NCBI GenBank assembly: GCA_964016885.1 | Contig: OZ024745.1 | Location: forward strand, 22,320,001 to 22,384,000 | DNA from: Eledone cirrhosa | Taxonomy: Eukaryota | Length of the DNA: 64,000 bases | Direction of reading: 5' to 3' | Part shown: piece after piece, positions 12,212-29,864 of the stretch | How positions within the stretch are numbered: the first letter of the stretch is position 1 | How the letters are laid out: every line of letters starts with the position of its first letter | The notes under the pieces: model-generated | What the model was told of the DNA's origin: nothing | The model's input: only the letters and a program-made list of their open reading frames with translations | Database searches by the model: none | Position numbers and translations under genes: made by a program

Positions 12212-15200
12212 ATGACCTCACTCAGAATAGGCAGCATAAATGCGCGTGGCTTGGGGTCGTCATGGAAGCAGGGCCACCTGCTCAACGACCTCAGGTCACT
12301 AAACATAGATGTAGTGGCCATCAGCGAGACCAGAATCTCCGAAGCACAGGCTTTCGCACCGATCTTCGGCGGCTACGATGTGTACGCATCTCCCAGCCGT
12401 CCGGGATCGGGGGGAGGAGTTGCTGTGCTTTTTCGGAGAGGTTTGGATCTTGCCATACGGGCCATCTTCCTGGACCCAGAAGGTAAGTTGGTGGTGCTGG
12501 ACGTGACCAGCGGAGACGGGCAAGCTTTCAGGTTAGTGGCCGTCTATGCCCCGACAGGAGCAGGGCGGCCTGATTTCTTCCGGCGTCTGGAGACCTTTCT
12601 TGGAACGTCCCGCTCTTTAGTGTTAGTGGGCGACTGGAACGGGATCTTAGATGCACGCTGGGATTGTGTGGGATTAGTGGATAGGGAAGGAGGGTGCAAG
12701 AGTCTCACCAACCTGCTCAGACGTTTTGAACTGTCTGACAGGTACCGAATGGATTTCCCGAATGTACCAATGTGGACTTGGACAAATCGCATAGGGTCAT
12801 CCAGATCATATCTAGATAGAGTATTTTGTAGGGAAATAGATAGGTCTAGCATAGGCTGTCCACAATTCAAGATAGTCAGCTACACGGAACACAAATTCGT
12901 GATCTGTGTGCTTGACTTAGATAGGCTTCATAGACGAGGACCCGGCTACTGGAAGCTAAACGCGTCCTTACCAGCGCGCAAGGCCTACAGAGACCGGATT
13001 AGCGAACTAGTTAAGCGGGCGTTGACGGGGGCCATCGTCAACAACAAGTGGTGGTTTGCTCTGAAAAGAGCAATTAGAATAGAGTCCATTAGGTTTAGTA
13101 AGACTTTAGCAATAGAGAAAAATAGAGCAGAGGGAGAATTAGTTAGAAAATTAGATGAGGCGCTTAGCAAAGGCATCGCGACCGACGTACTTGCGGCGAA
13201 ATTGGCCATTGACCAATTCTTCAATGCAAAGCACGAAGGCTGCGTTGTCAGAGCTAGGGTGCGTGCTCTCAGACACGAGGGGACGAAAGCCGTTCAATGG
13301 GCCCGAGTGGCGAAGGCGCGTCGTGGCAACAAAGCCACGATCCGGTCTTTGGTGGACCACGACGGGCGCATGCTACTCGATCCCGGGCAAATGTGTGAAG
13401 CTTTTCAGCGACACTTCGCTCAACTGTTCGGGGGCAGTGGCGGGCCGGATCGAGGGATGGACTTTAGTGTCTACCTCGACGGACTGCCGCGGCTTTCGGC
13501 CACTGAGGCGGAGTGTTGCGAAAAGCCGATAACAACCGCTGAAGTACGGGATGCAATGACTAGTTGCACAAGGGGTAAATCGCCTGGTTTGGATGGTCTG
13601 CCCTATGAACTTTACGTACAAATGCCAAACTTGTTCGGAGGCCTCTTGGCGGACGTCTACTGCAACTGGCAACAGAACGGGAGAATTCCCAGCTCTGTGA
13701 GCCGAGGAGCGGTGGCGCTGCTGAGAAATGATCCGAACAAGGGGGATAACATAGATAATTTTAGGCCCATAACTCTGCTAAACACAGAGTTCAAGATTTT
13801 GGCCAAGGTGCTAGCAAAGAGGTTGGCGCTTGTCGTTGGTGGTCTGGTGGGAGAGGCACAGACATGCGCCATTCCCGACAGATCCATTCACGACAACCTC
13901 CACCTCATGCGATACATCGTAGAGAGGGTAGCTAGGGAACCTGGCACGGGTGGGTCTTTGATCAATTTAGATCAGTCGAAAGCCTTCGATAGGGTCGACC
14001 ATCGTTACCTAGCGGCAGTCCTGAGGGCGGCTGGCTTTGGGCCCGTCTTCAGAGGCTGGATCGCTGCCATGCACAGCGACATCTGCTCTGTAGTGAGAGT
14101 GAACGGTCACCTTTCGGAACCGTTCAACATCATGCGCTCGGTCCGCCAAGGATGTCCCCTCTCGTCCTTATTGTACGTATTGACTCTCGAGCCATTACTG
14201 CACAAACTGGAGACGTTGAGGGGGGTCCCGCGCGAACTAGGATGCGGAAGATCCGTGTCAGCATATGACGACGATGTCACCGTAGTGGTGTCGAACGCCA
14301 AACACATCGAGGCGATCGGCACTACACTAAGAGAATACGAAGCGGTGACAGGAGCAATGATCAACCATGAAAAGTCAGTGGGCCTGCAGCTCGGCACCTG
14401 GAGAGGAAGGTCCATGCCGTCCAACAGCGTCGTCGGGCGCTGGACGGACGGACCGATTAAATTGCTAGGGGTCTGGTTCGGTCCAGACCTCCAGACGGAC
14501 AAAAACTGGGACGAGGTGACGAGCAGGGTGGCTTCTCTCACCCAGAAATGGGCCGATAGGAAGCTATCCCTGAAAGGTCGAGCGGAGGTGGCGAATGCGT
14601 ACATCGCATCCGTCATCTACTACCGCCTGACCGTCGTACCTTGTCCTAAGCCCCGCCTGACTGCGCTGGAGCGTTTGCTCTTTCGCTTCTTGTGGAAGGG
14701 ACGCGCTCCGATGGTCAGGCGGTCCATCTGCTGTCAACACCCGCTACGTGGAGGGCTGGGCATGCCGTGGCTGATGATGCGCAGACATGCGCTCAGGCTA
14801 CGACATCTCCACCTCTTCCTCGACGGTGATCAGGTGTGGTCGCCGTTTGCTAGACACGTTTTTCCCCAGCTCGTCTCCTTGACGGAGCTGCAGTCCTGGG
14901 TCAAGCGAAGACCGAGAGGGAGCGCTTGGAGACTGGAATGTCTTCAGGCGCTCACAGCCCTCGACCAATCGGGCAATGTGATCGGTGGAAACTCCACCTT
15001 GGCGTTCTATAGGGGATTAGTGGAGGGGAAGAGCGACGACGTACTTGGAGAAACTCTAGGCGTCGACGAAAATCAACTAGCCAATCTCTTCGGAAGGACT
15101 TTCGGGCCGGGGCCTATGGACAACTTTCAGAAATCCCTGGCCTGGCAGTGCTACCGGGGTGCTTTGCCAGTTCGGGATAAACTTTACAGGCATGGAGGTG

Positions 15201-15642
15201 CCGTCAGCCGGGCATGTCCGAGATGCGCGCAGGGCGACGAAACCGTCCTGCACGCACTCGTCCAGTGTCCGAGCATTGCTGACTTGTGGGTTTATGTCGA
15301 ACACCTGCTGTCACCTGCTGTCACCTGCTGTCACGGATGCAGCTATCAGCTGAGTCCATCGTGAGGATTTCCCCGCCCCCTTCCTTTAGCCGGGAAGGGC
15401 AGGCAGTTTTTATCTGTCTGGTGGCCATGGCGAAAGAGATAGTATGGTGGACACGTTTGAAAGGGCTGAAGACGAGCACTTACCTCTTCGGTGATGCCCT
15501 GATCAACTTTTTCAAATTTCATTTGAAAAGGAAAATCAGGGTAGAGAGGGAAGTGCTCTCTTCCCAGCATTTTGTTGAAAGATGGGTGAGAGAAGCAAGT
15601 ATGGCCCGAATGAATGGGCCTTCTCTGAGTATGTGTCTGTAA
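12212..15642 (+). pseudogene. Tx1 ORF2: APE endonuclease, reverse transcriptase and C-terminal zinc finger; probably inactivated
   Basis: SINARG, SET, GDWN, YLD; KSPGLDG, FRPITLLN, LDQSKAFD, QGCPLS; YADD reads YDDD and the DH motif reads EH; CPRC..ETVLHAL. A 10-bp unit triplicated at 15302-15331 shifts the frame; the true C-terminus is in ORF 15286-15642. Confidence 0.92.
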
Positions 15643-15914
15643 ATTAAAGGTGGAAAACTGGGAGAGGGCACTTGCCCTGGTGGTCAGGGCCACTGTGGTC
15701 TTTTAATGGGATTTCTCCACAAATGTCCCTCGGAAGTCTCCCCCCTATTGGGGAATTTTTCTTTGTTATTTTATTTCAACCTCTGTTTTTTTACACGCAG
15801 AAATGCCCTTTTGTACCGTCCTGTATTGTCCTGTACTGTCCTTAATGTCTACTTTATGTAAACCCTTGTGGTTAATAAAGAAAACATTATTATTATTATT
15901 ATTAATATTATTAT

Positions 15915-15968
<54 letters not shown>

Positions 15969-15970
<2 letters not shown>

Positions 15971-16024
15971 GAAAAGAGTCAGGACCCCGACGGTTGAGCT
16001 CTGGCCTATTCGACAGCTAGATCC

Positions 16025-16062
<38 letters not shown>

Positions 16063-16192
16063 GGATCTAGCTGTCGAATAGGCCAGAGCTCAACCGTCGG
16101 GGTCCTGACTCTTTTCCTATATATATATATATATATGGGAAAAGAGTCAGGACCCCGACGGTTGAGCTCTGGCCTATTCGACAGCTAGATCC

Positions 16193-16193
<1 letters not shown>
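15969..16193. repeat. Three 57-bp HHR-3'-half units in alternating orientation separated by (TA)n
   Basis: gggaaaagagtcaggaccccgacggttgagctctggcctattcgacagctagatccg at 15969-16025 and 16137-16193; reverse complement at 16062-16117. Confidence 0.9.
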
Positions 16194-16244
<51 letters not shown>

Positions 16245-16599
16245 GTGTGTGTATGTGTTTTTGTGTGTGAGTGTTAAAAAGAAAATTATTAGACTATTAA
16301 ATTTTAAAAATTGCTACAGTCAGCTAATTTGGTAATTTCATAAGAATCACGTTATGATGTCATTATGGTGGTTTTTGTTGTTGTTGTTACTGTTGTTAAT
16401 ATTTCTTCCAAAATGCATAAATGTGAAAACAAAAAAAACAACAACACAACAACAACAACAACAACAACAAACAACATGGTATATAAAGGATTCATTGTAC
16501 TGCGACAGACGTTGGTGAAAGATTGGAAGTTGGCCGGGGAGAGCGTTTGTAGTTTTCAGAGAAAATCACAGTAAAGAGAGATGGAAAGGGGTGGGAGTG

Positions 16600-16713
16600 G
16601 AAGAAGAGACATAGAGAGAGATTGGGGGGAGTAATATATATATAGAGAGAGAGGGGAGGGCGGATGAGAGTGGTATATATAGAGAGAAAGAGAGAGAGTG
16701 AGAGAGGATGAGA

Positions 16714-16810
<97 letters not shown>

Positions 16811-16871
16811 AGAGTGATATATATATAGTTAGAGAGAGAGAGAGAGAGTGAGTGAGGATGAGAGTGATATA

Positions 16872-16958
<87 letters not shown>

Positions 16959-16973
16959 TGGGAGAGGATGAGA

Positions 16974-17050
<77 letters not shown>

Positions 17051-17075
17051 AGAGGGAGAGAGAAAGAGAGAGAGG
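16600..17075. repeat. Compound (TA)n/(GA)n microsatellite with a repeated ggatgagagtga spacer
   Basis: Seen directly. Confidence 0.9.
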
Positions 17076-17280
17076 GGGGCAGAGTGAATCTGCTCCGCGA
17101 GAGATGTAACAGATGATATTTTAAAATTCTGTTGATATTGTCGTTGTTGTTGTCATTGCTGTTTTTTAGTGTTGTTGTTATTTGTGTTGTTTGAGGTTGT
17201 TATTCTTGTTTTTGGCTGTTATTGTTGTTGTGTTGTTGTCATGATAGTAGTTATTGCTGTTGATATTATTGTTGTAGTTA

Positions 17281-17490
17281 GGACGGTGGATTGGTGGTAT
17301 CGGTAGAGGGTCGGACACCATGCTTTGACGCATAGAGTTACGGCCCTTGCCATTCTGAGTTCAAATCCCGCCGAGGTTAACTTTGCCTTTCATCCTTACG
17401 GGGTCGATAAAATAAAGTACCAGTCACGCACTGGGGTCGATTTAATCCCCACAAAAAATTGCTGGCCTTGTGCCTATATAAGAAACGATA
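17281..17490 (+). mobile_element. tRNA-derived SINE (abundant family A), full-length copy
   Basis: A-box-like ggtggtatcggtaga, B-box gagttcaaatccc, body aactttgcctttcatccttacggggtcgataaaataaagtaccag. Other copies at about 18686-18890(-), 19405-19590, 19721-19820, 28830-28955, 44595-44695, 53068-53157, 57830-58055, 59425-59610(-), 61355-61560(-), 62730-62905(-). Confidence 0.85.
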
Positions 17491-18082
17491 TTATTGGTGT
17501 AGTTATTGTTGTTTTTTTCGTCTTCGTGGTTGTTGTTATCCTTGATGTGGCTGTTATTGTTATTGTTGTTATTGTCATTGTTGTTTCTGTTATTGTCGTT
17601 GCTGTTGCTGCTGCTACTGCTGCTGCTGCGGCCTTCAGATGCACCCCCCCCCCCACACACACACACACTCAGGTTTCAACAACGTTTTTCCTGTGAATGA
17701 CAGGAAATATTAAGCAATGGAAAATATAAGATAAATGTTGGCCACTTTATCACAGATCCTGCTTGAAATGTTCTGGAGCTTTACACTGGTAATGTTGTGA
17801 TAATATACATACCAGTAATTGCTACGTCACAACAGTGACCCATGCACTGGAAAATCCAGCATAACGTACCGAGGAGGAGGATCTGAAAATGGCAGCAACT
17901 CGACGTCGTCTATGCTAAAGGTCAGCACCATGGATAGAAAAGCGTGGAAGAGCATCACCATCGGAGTCCACCATCCACTGACATCCACAGCAGTGTATTG
18001 GTCGAGAAGACAGCCCCCCTCAATCGTCAGCTAGAAATAAAAGAAGAAGAAGGCACGGGTCTGTGGTTGGTTGACCAGGAAG

Positions 18083-18680
18083 CGGAGATATATTTAGGAT
18101 GTGTATAGTTTAGCGATCTGGATCTGGTGATTGGCGTCATATGTAGGGGGTATGGTTTACATTTGTTTGTGTTAGTGTTAGGATTTGGTTTAATCTGGTT
18201 GTAATTACGTTCAAGTTAAGACAATTGACCATCTTAGTTACATACGATGGAGTGGAATATAGTTGAGAGATAGGCAAGCATGTGTCTATATATGTGGGAG
18301 TTATTGTATAATGATGGCATAAATTCCATAAAATGTACGCAATGCAGATGTTGGGTACACAAGAGATGTAGTGGGATAGGAGGGAAACAAACAGGTAGGG
18401 AAAACTATGTATGCAGTAGATGTACAGGTAAAGTTGGCAGTAGTAATCACAGTGATCGGAGATATATTTAGGATGTGTATAGTTTAGCGATCTGGATCTG
18501 GTGATTGGTGTCATATGTAGGGGGTATGGTTTACATTTGTTTGGGTTAGTGTTAGGATTTGGTTTAATCTGGTTGTAATTACGTTCAAGTTAAGACAATT
18601 GAGTTACATACGATGGAGTGGAATATAGTTGAGAGATAGGCAAGCATGTGTCTATATATGTGGGAGTTATTGTATAATGA
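18083..18680 (+). repeat. 374-bp-period direct duplication overlapping a PHD-like zinc-finger fragment of a LINE ORF2
   Basis: 18083-18315 repeats at 18457-18680; 18310-18430 encodes NSIKCTQCRCWVHKRCSGI..YVCSRC. Confidence 0.7.
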
Positions 18681-18959
18681 TAAGGATTTCTGATTTAGGT
18701 ACAAGGCCAACAATTTGGAGGGGACGGGAAAATCCATTAAATCGACCCCAGTACATTAATGGTGCTTTATTTTATCAACCCCGGTAGGATGAAAGGTAAA
18801 GCTAACCTGGGAGGGATTTGAACTCAGAACGTAGAAAGTCCTAACTCTAGGCCGTGAAGCATGTTGTCCGACGCTCTACTGACACTGTCAATCATATGCT
18901 GCCGGAAATAGAATTTTACTAAGGTGATGATTCTTTCAAGCCGATCATTAATAATCTAC

Positions 18960-19330
18960 ATACGTGTGTGCGTGTATATGTGTGCGTGTATATGTGTGTG
19001 TGTATGTAGGAGTACGTGCTCATGTGCTTGTGCGTGTGTATGTGTGTGTGCATGTAGGAGTGCGTGCTCATGTGCTTGTGTGTGTATATGTGTGTGTGTA
19101 TGTAGGAGTGAGTGCTCATGTGCTTGTGCGTGTGTATGTGTGTGTGTGTATGTAGGAGTGCGTGCTCATGTGCTTGTGTGTGTATATGTGTGTGTGTATG
19201 TAGAAGTACGTGCTCATGTGCTTGTGCGTGTGTATGTGTGTGTGTATATGTGCGTGTATGTGTGTGTATGTAGGAGTACGTGCTCATGTGCTTGTGCGTG
19301 TGTATGTGTGTGTGTATGCGTGTGCTTGTA
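18960..19330. repeat. ~45-bp minisatellite built on (TG)n
   Basis: Repeated gtaggagtacgtgctcatgtgcttgtgcgtgtgtatgtgtg. Confidence 0.9.
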
Positions 19331-20023
19331 TACAACGTGCAGTATCAATATATGGTAGTACCTTAGTTAGGAGTCACTAGACAACCATATACTATTATGT
19401 CTGGTGAATTGACAGTATCGGCAGAGGGTCGGACGCCATGCTTTCTAGCATAGAGTTACGATCCTTTTCGGTCTGAGTTCAAATCCCGCCGAGGTTAACT
19501 TTGCCTTTCATCCTTACGGGGTCGATAAAATAAAGTACCAGTAATGTACTGGCTAATTGCTGGCCTTGTGCCTAAAGTATAAACAATTATGTTATTGAAG
19601 TGAAGAAACATTAGTTGATCAATTAATTAACCAATTAAGCGACTGTGATGTAAACAGACGTAAAGCACTCCACGACTTGCGTACCTTAACGTAAGATATC
19701 AGACGGAGTGTCAATAATATCGAGGTTAACTTTGCCTTTCATCCTTACAGGGTCGATAAAATAAAGTACCAGTAATGTACTGGGTGATTGCTGGCCTTGT
19801 GTCAAAAGTAGAAATAATTATGTCTGGTCTTTTTACTTTCTCGAGGAGGTTTTCAAGTGAGATTTATCTAGTGTTTTGACATTTTCTAACATGTTCATTT
19901 GCTAATCTAGTAGAAAATTATCCCCAGATGGAACTCTAACTACCACGTGGAGTTAATCTTCTCTTCCTTTATTGTGTATCTTTTTTTGTGTCCCGTATGT
20001 TTATATCAAGTTAAAGTTTGTTC

Positions 20024-20236
20024 TACGAGGCTGTAAAGTTCATAGTCTGATTATGAGGGAATAATGCTAGAGCTGTGAAATCTTGAATGCATTAATTTCA
20101 ACTCTTCTTATTAATAACTGCATTTTTTCTTTCCGGGGACTATGTTGAAAAATTAACCTCATTTGATCATTCCATGAGAGTATCTTGGCCAGCCTATGAA
20201 CTTTTCAGCCAATGCACTTTTCAGCCGACCCTCGTA
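20024..20236 (+). mobile_element. Mariner-derived MITE
   Basis: TA-cgagg...aaagttcata / tatgaacttttcagccgaccctcg-TA ends. Related copies at about 29470-29663(-), 58072-58258, 61630-61825, 61957-62141. Confidence 0.75.
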
Positions 20237-20242
20237 AGCTTA

Positions 20243-20460
20243 TCCCGGTTTCCTTGGCGCTAGCAACTGTGGGTACAAGACTCTCCCTGGACATGATGTT
20301 GGTCTATCGCAGGAGTAACTTCCCAGATACTGCAGGCACTCACTCTCGGCTTAGTGTACTGTAACAACGTGAAATAAAGTGTTTCGCTCAAGCCTGTCCA
20401 GGAATCGAACTGATGACAATACGATACTACGTCAAGCAACCTAACCCTTAGGCCATGTGC
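20243..20460 (-). mobile_element. tRNA-derived CORE-like SINE (family B)
   Basis: Minus strand has an A/B-box-like head (agttcgattcc) followed by cttgagcgaaacactttatttcacgttg. Related copies at about 37720-37900 and 42870-43050. Confidence 0.6.
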
Positions 20461-20869
20461 TTTTATATATTTTTTTATTGCTATGCTTTTAAATGTTGCT
20501 GTACGCGTAGCGTTGTGTCCTTTCGCATATTGCTTCAGTCAACTGGGAATAAATGAGTTGTACCTGTACGTTAAGGGAACAGTTTGTTAAGCATTGTTTC
20601 ACACCGAATATCCATGAGGAATAGGTTATGTCTGTGGCATGCTCAGCCACTTAGATGTTAATTTCATAAACAGACAATTCCGTCGATTGAATCAACAGGA
20701 GCATTCATCTTTCGAAACAACGGAGGCCCAACAACAGCAACAATATGGAGCTAGCGTTCCTTGTTAAGCCGTATATGTTGTATATTTTCTGATAGTTGAA
20801 GGTTGAACATTGAAAGGTTTCATGTTACGTTTCAAAAATATTTATTAGAGTTGTTTAGTAATTCTTTGC

Positions 20870-21445
20870 CGTTGATGCTGCTGTTGTTATTGTTGTTACT
20901 GTTGCGGCTTTTGCTGCTACTTTGCTGCTGTTACTTTTATTGCTGCTGTTGCTGTTATTGGTGTTGATGCTACTGTTGCTGTTATTATTGCTGTTGTTAT
21001 TGCTGTTGTTGTTGCTGCTGCTGCTACTGCTTCTGTTGCTGCTGTTGTTGTTTCAGTTGTTGCTGCTGTTGCTATTATTGTTGCTGCTACTTTGCTGCTG
21101 AGGTGCTGGTGTTGATGCTACTGTTACTGTTGTTGCTGGTATTACTGTTGTTCTTGTTGCTGTTGTTGCTGTTATTACTGCTGTTATTATTGCTGTTATT
21201 GTTGCTGCTGTGCTATTATTGTTGCTGCTCCGGTTGCTGCTGTTGTTGCTGCTGCTGTCGCTGCTGCTGTCACTGCTGCTGTCGCTGCTGCTGCTGCTGT
21301 TGTCGCTGTCTCCTGTTGCTGCTGCTGCTATTATTGTTGCTGCTATTGCTGCTGCTGTCGCTGTGACTGTTGCTGCTGCTGTCGCTGTGACTGTTGCTGC
21401 TGCTGTTGCTGTGACTGTTGCTGCTGCTGTTGCTGTGACTGTCGC
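20870..21445. repeat. (TGC/TGT)n trinucleotide low-complexity tract
   Basis: Seen directly. Confidence 0.9.
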
Positions 21446-21879
21446 TATGAAAGGAAACTTGAGTTTATTTCATCGAACTCGGAAAGGCAAAAAGATAACA
21501 TAATATCAGCCTGATTTTAACACAAACGACAGAAGGAAAAGGGTGGAAATAAATACCGCAAGGCATTCTGTCTCGGCATTCTGACGATCCTGCCAATCCA
21601 ATAACTGAAGCAATGGTGCGTTCGATACGGTTGATGTTTAACTTAAAACAACTTATTGATGACTCATAAACAATTGTTTGTTTATATACTTGTATACATG
21701 CATGGATGCATACATGAACACATACATGCATGGATGCATACATACATTCATACATTCATCAATGCATATATGGCTACACGTTCGTACACACGCGCATACT
21801 CATATTTACACATAACTACGTAGACACAAATCACTAATAGAATAATCAAACAAATGCAAACACAAAAATGCCACCACAC

Positions 21880-22927
<1,048 letters not shown>

Positions 22928-23061
22928 TATATATATATATATATATATATAAACGCATCTAAATATATGTTTATATACACACCAATATACATGTGTGCAT
23001 TGATAATGTATTGGGTTCACTAACTCAAATATAAGGATGCGGTCACTTACATATATATAGC

Positions 23062-23110
<49 letters not shown>

Positions 23111-23485
23111 ACATACATACAATGATGATAACATGATTACATATAAAGAAACACGTTAGAGACATAGGGAAGACATTCGTGCGTGCCTTCAAAATAAATA
23201 AACCCTTTAAACTATAGTGGAACATTTGTGCGAAATATGTCAGTGTTTGTTACATCGTTGACGACGTTCGGAAATATTCTTGAAATAAATAAACCAAGCA
23301 CAATGAGAATATATCTCTTTCCTCGTACCACCCACATATACAATAACACACATGGAAATCTATACATCTGGCTGCCCTTCTGTTTATCTATCTAGTTTGC
23401 TGTCTATCTATCTACCTACCTGGTTGTCTATCTAACTATTTATTTATCTATCTATCACGTACTTTCCACGTATATATAGATAGAA

Positions 23486-23544
<59 letters not shown>

Positions 23545-23594
23545 ATAAATAAATTATACAGTTATCAAAGTTATACAGTTATATATATATATAC

Positions 23595-26455
<2,861 letters not shown>

Positions 26456-26631
26456 TGTATAATTTATTTATTGTATAATTTATTTATTTTCCTGCTCTGT
26501 AAAACAACTGATGTTCATACATTGAGCTATTTCACTTACTGGTAATAAGGTAATAAGAAATGACTTACCTTCCTGTTTATAGTTGTTTATACTATATACA
26601 TAACTATAAATAGTATTATTATTATATATAT

Positions 26632-26692
<61 letters not shown>

Positions 26693-26713
26693 CATACATA
26701 CATATATATATAT

Positions 26714-26801
<88 letters not shown>

Positions 26802-26837
26802 TGTATATATGTGTGTGTGTATGTATTTGTATGTATA

Positions 26838-26875
<38 letters not shown>

Positions 26876-26876
26876 T

Positions 26877-27038
26877 AAGGAAGGAGGTCTGGTAAGGAAC
26901 CAGATGGACCAGGGTACTCATTACTTAGGGTAGTAGAGTGGGTAGTAGGAAAATGTGTAACCCCGAAGGCTATTTCTGGACTAGTCCAGAAATAGCCTTC
27001 GAAACGGCTTGAGCTCTGCTGGCGGGGTTATACTTTTT

Positions 27039-27040
<2 letters not shown>
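26877..27040. mobile_element. HHR-half fold-back element with tail
   Basis: Tail, then a palindrome centred on ctggactagtccag; embedded in (TA)n. Confidence 0.85.
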
Positions 27041-27100
<60 letters not shown>

Positions 27101-27669
27101 AAACTTGGACGGGAACATAAACAGAGAGAATATATATATATATATATATATAGGCCGTTTCAGGAAGTATATATATATGTATATATATGTATATATATAT
27201 ATATATGGGGGGTGGGGTAGTGGTAGCCAGACTTCCTGAATCGGCAAAGGTATACACACATATGTACGAAGATAGTCACATATGTTTATATGTCCACTCA
27301 CTCATATATATATGGAATTAACCTCTTCCCACAAATACACCTATACACATGCTCAGTGAATCACATATTCACACAAACAGGGTATTACTCATTCTGGATT
27401 ATAGAATTACTCACTTTTACAACTATTCACTGCGCACAGATATATATATAAACCTACATTCATAGATAGATATAAGCTAACTGCCCATGCGTATTTTCTA
27501 TCGCGACTTAGTCATATTATAGAAGGCAGTACCCATTACCTTTGTAAAGGGAAGAAATGGAATGAAGCAACCATGAGTTGATGCTATAGGAAACAACACA
27601 CCAGGATATCAATTATTGTGTTTATTGTGTTTATTATTGTGTTTATTGTGTTTATTTACGGAAAAGGCC

Positions 27670-27990
27670 TTTTTCATGGTTTCGTTGATAGTCCATATTC
27701 TGTGCGATTAATGCTGTTAACATTCATTTTTCTAAGATATTCGGATATGTGTTTAGAATCTCTAAGGTGCAGAATATCTGGAAAGTCTTTACGGGCAAAC
27801 CCTATGTGTTGTCGTCTCAGCGGATGATCTAGAGCAATATGGCTTGATATTACCAGATCTGTTGGTCCCACTTTGGGGATCAGGCCGGATCAACTGGCGA
27901 CGGTTGCGTCTTTCTGATAAGACCCTCTCGTTAACTTGACTGAGGACTCTTCCCACAACCCTCAAAGGAATATGAGGGCCAAGAAGAAGT
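27670..27990 (-). pseudogene. Degraded GIY-YIG C-terminal fragment of another PLE
   Basis: VGRVLSQVNERV...VISSHIALDH...SINR spread over shifted frames resembles the G-R-L-x-x-R-x-x-EH ... H ... N pattern. Confidence 0.45.
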
Positions 27991-28056
27991 TTAATGGGTA
28001 ATTGGCTAGTTTTCTTTTCGGTGCATCCTCTATACACACACACACACACATATACA

Positions 28057-28139
<83 letters not shown>

Positions 28140-28160
28140 TTCCAAAGTAGTGTCGGGTAG

Positions 28161-28306
28161 GTACTTTTTATTTTATATAGAAATGACTTCTACAAGACTA
28201 GAAATGTTTCATTCGTATGAAATCATCAAGAATGTCCTGATGATTTCATGCGAATGAAACAGTGTTTTTCCTGTAGAAGTCATTTCTATATAAAATAAAA
28301 AAGTAC
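28161..28306. repeat. Fold-back palindrome with degenerate hammerhead core
   Basis: Arms of about 70 bp; CTGATGA (28237-28243)-tttcatgcgaat-GAAAC on the right arm. Confidence 0.75.
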
Positions 28307-28956
28307 ATATATATATATTTTATATTACATTATATACGCATATATATTATATTACATAACACGTATTATATTACAGGTATATATATTATATTACATAAAT
28401 CAACGTAAAAACCACCACACACACATAAATATACATGCGTATATGTGTAAATGTATATGTGTATATATGTGTATATTTGTGTATATTTGTGTAGATGTAT
28501 CAATGACTCTAGCAGTAGTAGAATCTAAGGTTTCTTATTCAGAAATGTTATCAGTATAATCGTTATTTATCGGATGAGAATGTACAGCTTAATCAAGAAA
28601 TGTTAAGTACATTTGCTAGCGTGCGTGTTTGTGTACGTGCGTCTGTGTATTTAAAAAGGAGCTTTGTCTTTGAGTATATATTGAGTATATATATTTGTGG
28701 GTAGGTAATCATCATTCAATATACAATAATGATAAAATTATATTTACAGGGATTAATAAAGATCGTATGTGTACGTGTGTATTAGTGATTGTGTATGTAT
28801 GAGGTGAATAGCCAGATTCGTTATAACGTTAAATTGAATGTTTTGTGGTATAAGTTCAAGCTTTCTGCACTCTGAGTTGTAAATCCCGCCAAAGTTAACT
28901 TTGCCATGCATTTTTTTTCAAGATCGAAAAAAAGTACCAGTATAACACTGGGATCG

Positions 28957-29057
<101 letters not shown>

Positions 29058-29864
29058 TCTCTCTGGAAGAAATTTGCAGTATTCAGACTTGAAGAAGAGA
29101 TGGGCTCCGCCAGGTTTAAAAACATGAACCAAGAAATATTGTATGTCAATGTGGCGCACCTACGTCTCCAACAGGAGTTACGGATTCATACATACATACA
29201 TGTATGTGTGTGCGCAAATGAGTAACAAATTGAACACTGATATATATATTTGAGACATTTGGCGTCGATCAGATGAGAAGTAATATTTTCTTTCCAGAGA
29301 ACCAACGTGTTGAGGTTTCAGCAAGTTTCAATTTATATGATTTTGTATTTCTAAGAAGACATCATGTCAGATCGTACTTATTAAATTTAAATGAAATTCG
29401 TTAACGGAATTTCATTACTGATTGAAAAAATTGTAAATTGTATTTCGTGTATGGACATTTAATTCTCTTCAAATGTTCATAGGCTGTCAAAGATATTCTC
29501 ATAGAATGACCAAATGAAGTTTATTTTTCAACATAGTCCCTGGAAAGAAACAATGCAGTTATTGATAAGAAGAGTTGAAATGAATGCATGCAAGATTTTG
29601 CTGGTCTTGCATATCCATCACCCCTTCATAGTTAGCCTATGAACATTTCAGCTCACCTTCGTACATATAAATTGAGTTTATAACAACGAGTAAATAGATC
29701 TAGAACGATGAGTAAATAGATGGTAAGCGATTGAAGGCTTCGAGGTATACATAGTATTCTATCATTATCCTCAGAGAACTTTCTTGTAAATTTGATAGCT
29801 GTTAGGAGGTTCCACTAAAGAACTGGTATTTACTTCATGTCTATAAGAGACATTATACAATAAA

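Larger units (their letters stand above)
9973..15900 (+). mobile_element. Near full-length Tx1-clade non-LTR retrotransposon
   Basis: 5' UTR, ORF1, ORF2 (APE-RT-zf-RVT), 3' UTR with AATAAA and (ATT)n tail; (ATT)n also lies at the 5' junction. Confidence 0.95.

Noticed and set aside
15969-16193. CRISPR-like repeat-spacer appearance
   Set aside because: Repeats alternate in orientation, spacers are (TA)n, the context is eukaryotic and there are no cas genes.
17281-17380. tRNA gene
   Set aside because: The B box is present but there is no cloverleaf; it is the head of a multicopy SINE.
18280-18471. Host PHD-finger exon
   Set aside because: Lacks the first Cys pair and splice context, lies in a local duplication, and resembles the zinc finger found in LINE ORF2s.
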